DNA of 60,000 nucleotides, taken from contig CM097885.1 in the NCBI GenBank assembly GCA_044892525.1, positions 39,434,001 through 39,494,000 on the forward strand, in the 5' to 3' direction. The notes under the pieces are model-generated. The model ran no database searches. It was given only the letters and a program-made list of their open reading frames with translations, and was not told where the DNA came from. Position 1 is the stretch's first letter; each line of letters begins with the position of its first letter. The translations under genes and the position numbers were made by a program. Below, one piece after another: positions 50,038-60,000 of this stretch. The DNA is from Schmidtea polychroa (Eukaryota).

Positions 50038-50973
50038 ATGGTTAAAAAAGTTTGGAAAAGCGTTAATGTCGATTTTACGATAAAAAGCAACAATAACATA
50101 ATTGAGAATTCGGAAATTAGCGAAAATAATACAACGATTACTGCTGAATTGAGAAAAGCTTTGCCAACAACAACACATGCCAATCGTCAACTTGAAGAAG
50201 TTAATAAACTACCAATCGATGGTCCATTTTATTTGGCATTTTCTAATCTGAATTTTGATGTTGATGAAGAGTGCATTAGAAATCTGTTTAAAGGTTTAGA
50301 TTTGGTGGATATTTATTTCAATCCGAGAAAGCGAGGAACTGGCAATATAGAATTCAGAAGTTTGGACAATTTGAAATCGGCGTTGGAATTTAATGGACAA
50401 GTTTTCGTCGGTAGAGCAATTAATTTGACATTAATCACGGACATAGACAAAGAAAAGAAATTGCACACATTTCTAGATAAGAATGGTTGTTTTCACAAAG
50501 ATGAAAAGAAATCTAAAGCAGATGAATCTGAAAATTGGAGAAGTAAGAAAGTTGTTGAAAGGAAAGAAACAAAACCAAGTGATAGCGATAATTGGAGAGT
50601 AAAGAAAAATGTTGAAATGAAAGAAACCAAGCCAAGTAATAGTAATAATTGGAGAGTAAAGAAAACTATTGAAATGAAAGAAACTAAGCCAAGTGATAGC
50701 GATAATTGGAGAGTAAAGACAAATGTTGAAATGAAAGTATTCAAACCGAGATATAACAATAATTGGAGAGAAAAGAAAAGTGTTGAAATGAAAGAAACAA
50801 AACCTAGTGATAGTGATAATTGGAGAATAAAGAAAGATGTTAAAGTAACAGAATCAAAAGACTGTAGCAGTGGAACACAGAGAATTACAAATATGCGTGA
50901 TACCAAAACAGAAAATCTTCGAGAAAACAAAACAGCCGAAAAAGAAAATTCTTGGAGATTAGTTAAAGAATAA
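50038..50973 (+). CDS. eIF4B: eIF4B-like RRM/NWR-repeat protein (F142L, N143H, K311E variant)
   Basis: Intact 311-aa array copy. Confidence 0.8.
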   Translation: MVKKVWKSVNVDFTIKSNNNIIENSEISENNTTITAELRKALPTTTHANRQLEEVNKLPIDGPFYLAFSNLNFDVDEECIRNLFKGLDLVDIYFNPRKRGTGNIEFRSLDNLKSALEFNGQVFVGRAINLTLITDIDKEKKLHTFLDKNGCFHKDEKKSKADESENWRSKKVVERKETKPSDSDNWRVKKNVEMKETKPSNSNNWRVKKTIEMKETKPSDSDNWRVKTNVEMKVFKPRYNNNWREKKSVEMKETKPSDSDNWRIKKDVKVTESKDCSSGTQRITNMRDTKTENLRENKTAEKENSWRLVKE

Positions 50974-53668
50974 ATTTTTCCTTTCTATATTTGTTTAATA
51001 TTATGATTGTTGTTTTTTCTTTAGAGTGTTTAATATATTTATTTTTCAATGTAAAATGTTTGATATATATCTTTAATATTAAATTGTATTTTTATGATAG
51101 TAGTTTGTTTGCAAAACTGATAATGAGAAAGTACATAAATCTCTATTTTATTTTTGTTATGATAGAACATTTTAAGGATACGTTTGAAATTATATTTATC
51201 AATAAAAATTAAAATTTCTAAGTTATTCTATTATTAAACAAAATTTATATTGTAATTAAAATCAATTTCATAATTTTAATAAAATAATAGACCTAGAAAA
51301 TTTCGAAAGATAGGGAAATAGAATGTAAGTAATTATATTTATTACTCATTATTTAGTCAACTTTCATGTTATAGATAATAGTTGACATATGTTTAGATAA
51401 TTGATTTTTATTTTTTTCATTGAAAGGTCAGATTTTGTCTATGATTACCGTATGTGTGCGTGTGTAAGTAACTGAGTGATAAGGTTACTGTTACTTGACA
51501 CCCAACAAAAAACATTTATGACGTCACTACACAGGTATGCAATATTGAGTATTATATATTTTTTACAATTAACAGTCAAACATATTAGTTTTGCAAATTG
51601 AATTCACAAGCTAGGATTGATTGAATATTAAAAATATGTTGCAGTTGAAATCAGATTATGGTGAATATTTATAGGATGACTTTTATTATAGTATTTAATT
51701 TTATTCAAAACAATTTCTATTTTAACGCATAGATAAAATTCAAAAAACTTTGACAAATAACTATTATGTCATTGAATTAGTTTTCATAAAATATTATTAT
51801 ATATGAATATTAATAGACAATCTATGTATTATTTTATGAAAGTTAATTAATAGCAGCTTAAAAATACTCAAAGACCTTTCCTAATGTTATTGAACACCAA
51901 TAAAACATCATTTATTCCATTTCAAAAATTAAATATTTTTACTCTTATTTGAAATAAACTCAATGGTAGTTTATTAAGTACGTGACATAGCATTTTATTT
52001 ATTTCATTATAAAGCTCTTTTCGTTTCTTGAAACCTTGATAATTTATCTTAATATGTTGGCTTAATTTAATAAATTTCGATCTATCTTGACTCTTATTAT
52101 CGGTAGATTTAACATTTGTCGACATCAAAATAAAGTCAAAAGAATCAAGAATCATTGAATTAAGAGAAATCTTTTTATATTTTCTTTATATGATATTATT
52201 TTATTTGAATAAAGGAAATGCTTATAAGCTAAAATTATATTAGATCATGATTCAATTTGTCCAAATTGCCAAATTGCGACCAACTAACGACTTATTGGAC
52301 AGATAATTATATGATGATGAAATGTTGTCAAACTACTTCTGTATTTGATGATTTTGTAATATTTAGGTCTCACTATTTGAGAATCTCAACTCTACTGGTT
52401 TTTATATAAATATAAATAAAGAACACAGGTCTTTATATAAATGTTTATTTAAAATTTCAAAAATTACCAAATGAGAAATCGAAATTTGCAAAAATGATCT
52501 TCTAAAATTGTAACTTTCACTGGATAATTACTAATTTATTTTCACTGCAAAATGCTAGCTAATTGTGTGGTTTTTTTATGTTGTGTAGTGCTTGTTGTGT
52601 TAATTTTAAATCAATTAAATAAGGCTTCTGTAGAGAGTTTTTGTCTGGTCTGTGTTTAAATATTTACGAAGCATTAAACTTTGAAAACTCTTCTTGGAGC
52701 AAATATTTGGCGAATTAAATGATTTTCTTCGCGCCTATTTATATCAACATTTTTCAATAAAAATAAAATATGATTATTTCCTGCTTATACGCACTGAATA
52801 GTAATATTAAATATTATATCTACATATTTTGTTCTTTATAGATTGCGTGCTATAATAAAGATATGTTTTTCTTAAATTATAATTATAATATAACATTAAT
52901 TTTTTGAAATATAATAAATTTAATAGTAATTTTTCCTTGCGTTAAAATAAGTTAATTATAACGTAGAATAAAGATTATTGTACAGATAATTAGCATAACC
53001 TGATTAAATATAAAATAGTCAATTATATACAATATAGTCTCTACAAGATAGATTGGATTTGTGGGTCTTCTTTCTTATTAGACTTATTGCCTCGCTTCTG
53101 CATATACGTTGACCATTTAACCTTTAGACTCTGTCTTATTATTATTTGTTAGGGACGAATGTGGTGATGTGCCTACTATCATCATCCAGCAATATAATCA
53201 GTACAAAGTTTTCACACTCCTACTCCGGCATTCATCTGTTTCATATATTTAAAGACTATTTCTCGCCTGATATCAGGACAGTACATGCCAAAATCTGTTA
53301 ATGATTGAAGGAACTGTTTTAACTGGTATTGTGACTTCCTTACCCAAAAGTAAAATCAGGCGAAACTTGAAGAAAGTGAATGAGCTGGTAAATCTGCATT
53401 TGAATGTAAAATAAAATTGAAATAGTTAACTTATCAAGCATCATTGGGGCTTTATAAATGTTTAAGATCCATAAAATCATCTGCAAGTGGTATATTTCTT
53501 TGAGTAAGAATATTTGAAAGTGAAAGTCGAATCAGCAAATGTAAAATTTATTAAATATATATAAACCAATAAAATTAATTAAAATTCCAATAAATTTCAA
53601 AAGATTCGCTATGAATGTATCCATATATTAAATAAACCAACTCCTATAAAACTAACAATATAATACAA

Positions 53669-54604
53669 ATGGTTAAAAAAGTTTGGAAAAGCGTTAATGT
53701 CGATTTTACGATAAAAAGCAACAATAACATAATTGAGAATTCGGAAATTAGCGAAAATAATACAACGATTACTGCTGAATTGAGAAAAGCTTTGCCAACA
53801 ACAACACATGCCAATCGTCAACTTGAAGAAGTTAATAAACTACCAATCGATGGTCCATTTTATTTGGCATTTTCTAATCTGAATTTTGATGTTGATGAAG
53901 AGTGCATTAGAAATCTGTTTAAAGGTTTAGATTTGGTGGATATTTATTTCAATCCGAGAAAGCGAGGAACTGGCAATATAGAATTCAGAAGTTTGGACAA
54001 TTTGAAATCGGCGTTGGAATTTAATGGACAAGTTTTCGTCGGTAGAGCAATTAATTTGACATTAATCACGGACATAGACAAAGAAAAGAAATTTAACACA
54101 TTTCTAGATAAGAATGGTTGTTTTCACAAAGATGAAAAGAAATCTAAAGCAGATGAATCTGAAAATTGGAGAAGTAAGAAAGTTGTTGAAAGGAAAGAAA
54201 CAAAACCAAGTGATAGCGATAATTGGAGAGTAAAGAAAAATGTTGAAATGAAAGAAACCAAGCCAAGTAATAGTAATAATTGGAGAGTAAAGAAAACTAT
54301 TGAAATGAAAGAAACTAAGCCAAGTGATAGCGATAATTGGAGAGTAAAGACAAATGTTGAAATGAAAGTATTCAAACCGAGATATAACAATAATTGGAGA
54401 GAAAAGAAAAGTGTTGAAATGAAAGAAACAAAACCTAGTGATAGTGATAATTGGAGAATAAAGAAAGATGTTAAAGTAACAGAATCAAAAGACTGTAGCA
54501 GTGGAACACAGAGAATTACAAATATGCGTGATACCAAAACAGAAAATCTTCGAGAAAACAAAACAGCCGAAAAAGAAAATTCTTGGAGATTAGTTAAAAA
54601 ATAA
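53669..54604 (+). CDS. eIF4B: eIF4B-like RRM/NWR-repeat protein (consensus)
   Basis: Intact 311-aa array copy. Confidence 0.8.
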   Translation: MVKKVWKSVNVDFTIKSNNNIIENSEISENNTTITAELRKALPTTTHANRQLEEVNKLPIDGPFYLAFSNLNFDVDEECIRNLFKGLDLVDIYFNPRKRGTGNIEFRSLDNLKSALEFNGQVFVGRAINLTLITDIDKEKKFNTFLDKNGCFHKDEKKSKADESENWRSKKVVERKETKPSDSDNWRVKKNVEMKETKPSNSNNWRVKKTIEMKETKPSDSDNWRVKTNVEMKVFKPRYNNNWREKKSVEMKETKPSDSDNWRIKKDVKVTESKDCSSGTQRITNMRDTKTENLRENKTAEKENSWRLVKK

Positions 54605-57299
54605 ATTTTTCCTTTCTATATTTGTTTAATATTATGATTGTTGTTTTTTCTTTAGAGTGTTTAATATATTTATTTTTCAATGTAAAATGTTTGATATATA
54701 TCTTTAATATTAAATTGTATTTTTATGATAGTAGTTTGTTTGCAAAACTGATAATGAGAAAGTACATAAATCTCTATTTTATTTTTGTTATGATAGAACA
54801 TTTTAAGGATACGTTTGAAATTATATTTATCAATAAAAATTAAAATTTCTAAGTTATTCTATTATTAAACAAAATTTATATTGTAATTAAAATCAATTTC
54901 ATAATTTTAATAAAATAATAGACCTAGAAAATTTCGAAAGATAGGGAAATAGAATGTAAGTAATTATATTTATTACTCATTATTTAGTCAACTTTCATGT
55001 TATAGATAATAGTTGACATATGTTTAGATAATTGATTTTTATTTTTTTCATTGAAAGGTCAGATTTGGTCTATGATTACCGTATGTGTGCGTGTGTAAGT
55101 AACTGAGTGATAAGGTTACTGTTACTTGACACCCAACAAAAAACATTTATGACGTCACTACACAGGTATGCAATATTGAGTATTATATATTTTTTACAAT
55201 TAACAGTCAAACATATTAGTTTTGCAAATTGAATTCACAAGCTAGGATTGATTGAATATTAAAAATATGTTGCAGTTGAAATCAGATTATGGTGAATATT
55301 TATAGGATGACTTTTATTATAGTATTTAATTTTATTCAAAACAATTTCTATTTTAACGCATAGATAAAATTCAAAAAACTTTGACAAATAACTATTATGT
55401 CATTGAATTAGTTTTCATAAAATATTATTATATATGAATATTAATAGACAATCTATGTATTATTTTATGAAAGTTAATTAATAGCAGCTTAAAAATACTC
55501 AAAGACCTTTCCTAATGTTATTGAACACCAATAAAACATCATTTATTCCATTTCAAAAATTAAATATTTTTACTCTTATTTGAAATAAACTCAATGGTAG
55601 TTTATTAAGTACGTGACATAGCATTTTATTTATTTCATTATAAAGCTCTTTTCGTTTCTTGAAACCTTGATAATTTATCTTAATATGTTGGCTTAATTTA
55701 ATAAATTTCGATCTATCTTGACTCTTATTATCGGTAGATTTAACATTTGTCGACATCAAAATAAAGTCAAAAGAATCAAGAATCATTGAATTAAGAGAAA
55801 TCTTTTTATATTTTCTTTATATGATATTATTTTATTTGAATAAAGGAAATGCTTATAAGCTAAAATTATATTAGATCATGATTCAATTTGTCCAAATTGC
55901 CAAATTGCGACCAACTAACGACTTATTGGACAGATAATTATATGATGATGAAATGTTGTCAAACTACTTCTGTATTTGATGATTTTGTAATATTTAGGTC
56001 TCACTATTTGAGAATCTCAACTCTACTGGTTTTTATATAAATATAAATAAAGAACACAGGTCTTTATATAAATGTTTATTTAAAATTTCAAAAATTACCA
56101 AATGAGAAATCGAAATTTGCAAAAATGATCTTCTAAAATTGTAACTTTCACTGGATAATTACTAATTTATTTTCACTGCAAAATGCTAGCTAATTGTGTG
56201 GTTTTTTTATGTTGTGTAGTGCTTGTTGTGTTAATTTTAAATCAATTAAATAAGGCTTCTGTAGAGAGTTTTTGTCTGGTCTGTGTTTAAATATTTACGA
56301 AGCATTAAACTTTGAAAACTCTTCTTGGAGCAAATATTTGGCGAATTAAATGATTTTCTTCGCGCCTATTTATATCAACATTTTTCAATAAAAATAAAAT
56401 ATGATTATTTCCTGCTTATACGCACTGAATAGTAATATTAAATATTATATCTACATATTTTGTTCTTTATAGATTGCGTGCTATAATAAAGATATGTTTT
56501 TCTTAAATTATAATTATAATATAACATTAATTTTTTGAAATATAATAAATTTAATAGTAATTTTTCCTTGCGTTAAAATAAGTTAATTATAACGTAGAAT
56601 AAAGATTATTGTACAGATAATTAGCATAACCTGATTAAATATAAAATAGTCAATTATATACAATATAGTCTCTACAAGATAGATTGGATTTGTGGGTCTT
56701 CTTTCTTATTAGACTTATTGCCTCGCTTCTGCATATACGTTGACCATTTAACCTTTAGACTCTGTCTTATTATTATTTGTTAGGGACGAATGTGGTGATG
56801 TGCCTACTATCATCATCCAGCAATATAATCAGTACAAAGTTTTCACACTCCTACTCCGGCATTCATCTGTTTCATATATTTAAAGACTATTTCTCGCCTG
56901 ATATCAGGACAGTACATGCCAAAATCTGTTAATGATTGAAGGAACTGTTTTAACTGGTATTGTGACTTCCTTACCCAAAAGTAAAATCAGGCGAAACTTG
57001 AAGAAAGTGAATGAGCTGGTAAATATGCATTTGAATGTAAAATAAAATTGAAATAGTTAACTTATCAAGCATCATTGGGGCTTTATAAATGTTTAAGATC
57101 CATAAAATCATCTGCAAGTGGTATATTTCTTTGAGTAAGAATATTTGAAAGTGAAAGTCGAATCAGCAAATGTAAAATTTATTAAATATATATAAACCAA
57201 TAAAATTAATTAAAATTCCAATAAATTTCAAAAGATTCGCTATGAATGTATCCATATATTAAATAAACCAACTCCTATAAAACTAACAATATAATACAA

Positions 57300-58235
57300 A
57301 TGGTTAAAAAAGTTTGGAAAAGCGTTAATGTCGATTTTACGATAAAAAGCAACAATAACATAATTGAGAATTCGGAAATTAGCGAAAATAATACAACGAT
57401 TACTGCTGAATTGAGAAAAGCTTTGCCAACAACAACACATGCCAATCGTCAACTTGAAGAAGTTAATAAACTACCAATCGATGGTCCATTTTATTTGGCA
57501 TTTTCTAATCTGAATTTTGATGTTGATGAAGAGTGCATTAGAAATCTGTTTAAAGGTTTAGATTTGGTGGATATTTATTTCAATCCGAGAAAGCGAGGAA
57601 CTGGCAATATAGAATTCAGAAGTTTGGACAATTTGAAATCGGCGTTGGAATTTAATGGACAAGTTTTCGTCGGTAGAGCAATTAATTTGACATTAATCAC
57701 GGACATAGACAAAGAAAAGAAATTTAACACATTTCTAGATAAGAATGGTTGTTTTCACAAAGATGAAAAGAAATCTAAAGCAGATGAATCTGAAAATTGG
57801 AGAAGTAAGAAAGTTGTTGAAAGGAAAGAAACAAAACCAAGTGATAGCGATAATTGGAGAGTAAAGAAAAATGTTGAAATGAAAGAAACCAAGCCAAGTA
57901 ATAGTAATAATTGGAGAGTAAAGAAAACTATTGAAATGAAAGAAACTAAGCCAAGTGATAGCGATAATTGGAGAGTAAAGACAAATGTTGAAATGAAAGT
58001 ATTCAAACCGAGATATAACAATAATTGGAGAGAAAAGAAAAGTGTTGAAATGAAAGAAACAAAACCTAGTGATAGTGATAATTGGAGAATAAAGAAAGAT
58101 GTTAAAGTAACAGAATCAAAAGACTGTAGCAGTGGAACACAGAGAATTACAAATATGCGTGATACCAAAACAGAAAATCTTCGAGAAAACAAAACAGCCG
58201 AAAAAGAAAATTCTTGGAGATTAGTTAAAAAATAA
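57300..58235 (+). CDS. eIF4B: eIF4B-like RRM/NWR-repeat protein (consensus)
   Basis: Intact 311-aa array copy. Confidence 0.8.
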   Translation: MVKKVWKSVNVDFTIKSNNNIIENSEISENNTTITAELRKALPTTTHANRQLEEVNKLPIDGPFYLAFSNLNFDVDEECIRNLFKGLDLVDIYFNPRKRGTGNIEFRSLDNLKSALEFNGQVFVGRAINLTLITDIDKEKKFNTFLDKNGCFHKDEKKSKADESENWRSKKVVERKETKPSDSDNWRVKKNVEMKETKPSNSNNWRVKKTIEMKETKPSDSDNWRVKTNVEMKVFKPRYNNNWREKKSVEMKETKPSDSDNWRIKKDVKVTESKDCSSGTQRITNMRDTKTENLRENKTAEKENSWRLVKK

Positions 58236-60000
58236 ATTTTTCCTTTCTATATTTGTTTAATATTATGATTGTTGTTTTTTCTTTAGAGTGTTTAATATAT
58301 TTATTTTTCAATGTAAAATGTTTGATATATATCTTTAATATTAAATTGTATTTTTATGATAGTAGTTTGTTTGCAAAACTGATAATGAGAAAGTACATAA
58401 ATCTCTATTTTATTTTTGTTATGATAGAACATTTTAAGGATACGTTTGAAATTATATTTATCAATAAAAATTAAAATTTCTAAGTTATTCTATTATTAAA
58501 CAAAATTTATATTGTAATTAAAATCAATTTCATAATTTTAATAAAATAATAGACCTAGAAAATTTCGAAAGATAGGGAAATAGAATGTAAGTAATTATAT
58601 TTATTACTCATTATTTAGTCAACTTTCATGTTATAGATAATAGTTGACATATGTTTAGATAATTGATTTTTATTTTTTTCATTGAAAGGTCAGATTTGGT
58701 CTATGATTACCGTATGTGTGCGTGTGTAAGTAACTGAGTGATAAGGTTACTGTTACTTGACACCCAACAAAAAACATTTATGACGTCACTACACAGGTAT
58801 GCAATATTGAGTATTATATATTTTTTACAATTAACAGTCAAACATATTAGTTTTGCAAATTGAATTCACAAGCTAGGATTGATTGAATATTAAAAATATG
58901 TTGCAGTTGAAATCAGATTATGGTGAATATTTATAGGATGACTTTTATTATAGTATTTAATTTTATTCAAAACAATTTCTATTTTAACGCATAGATAAAA
59001 TTCAAAAAACTTTGACAAATAACTATTATGTCATTGAATTAGTTTTCATAAAATATTATTATATATGAATATTAATAGACAATCTATGTATTATTTTATG
59101 AAAGTTAATTAATAGCAGCTTAAAAATACTCAAAGACCTTTCCTAATGTTATTGAACACCAATAAAACATCATTTATTCCATTTCAAAAATTAAATATTT
59201 TTACTCTTATTTGAAATAAACTCAATGGTAGTTTATTAAGTACGTGACATAGCATTTTATTTATTTCATTATAAAGCTCTTTTCGTTTCTTGAAACCTTG
59301 ATAATTTATCTTAATATGTTGGCTTAATTTAATAAATTTCGATCTATCTTGACTCTTATTATCGGTAGATTTAACATTTGTCGACATCAAAATAAAGTCA
59401 AAAGAATCAAGAATCATTGAATTAAGAGAAATCTTTTTATATTTTCTTTATATGATATTATTTTATTTGAATAAAGGAAATGCTTATAAGCTAAAATTAT
59501 ATTAGATCATGATTCAATTTGTCCAAATTGCCAAATTGCGACCAACTAACGACTTATTGGACAGATAATTATATGATGATGAAATGTTGTCAAACTACTT
59601 CTGTATTTGATGATTTTGTAATATTTAGGTCTCACTATTTGAGAATCTCAACTCTACTGGTTTTTATATAAATATAAATAAAGAACACAGGTCTTTATAT
59701 AAATGTTTATTTAAAATTTCAAAAATTACCAAATGAGAAATCGAAATTTGCAAAAATGATCTTCTAAAATTGTAACTTTCACTGGATAATTACTAATTTA
59801 TTTTCACTGCAAAATGCTAGCTAATTGTGTGGTTTTTTTATGTTGTGTAGTGCTTGTTGTGTTAATTTTAAATCAATTAAATAAGGCTTCTGTAGAGAGT
59901 TTTTGTCTGGTCTGTGTTTAAATATTTACGAAGCATTAAACTTTGAAAACTCTTCTTGGAGCAAATATTTGGCGAATTAAATGATTTTCTTCGCGCCTAT

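Larger units (their letters stand above)
1..60000 (+). repeat. Head-to-tail tandem gene array, basic unit ~3.63 kb, extending beyond both window edges
   Basis: The 311-aa ORF starts at 11551, 15182, 27349, 30975, 43150, 46774, 50038, 53669 and 57300. Spacings are 3631, 12167, 3626, 12175, 3624, 3264, 3631, 3631. Spacers are near-identical. Confidence 0.98.

Overview
This is AT-rich eukaryotic DNA, probably animal (a flatworm/planarian origin is only an inference). The whole window is one head-to-tail tandem array of a ~3.63 kb unit. Each unit carries an intronless 311-aa eIF4B-like gene: an RRM that has lost its RNA-stacking aromatics, followed by six 19-aa 'NWR' repeats. There are 9 complete copies plus a partial one at the left edge. 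Three units carry the same 8.75 kb insertion at the same base, giving a ~15.8 kb higher-order repeat. The insertion is the 5' part of a very large LTR retroelement on the minus strand: a ~5.08 kb LTR (TG...CA), an 18-nt tRNA-Pro primer-binding site, and ~3.65 kb of leader. The leader holds a coiled-coil + IAP-type RING ORF and repeated hairpins with compensatory base changes. The LTR itself holds a coiled-coil ORF and an AAT microsatellite. The element is truncated before any recognisable gag-pol, with 197 bp of host unit lost at the junction. Mosaic SNPs and indels between units indicate unequal exchange or gene conversion. All identifications were made by eye; no searches were run.
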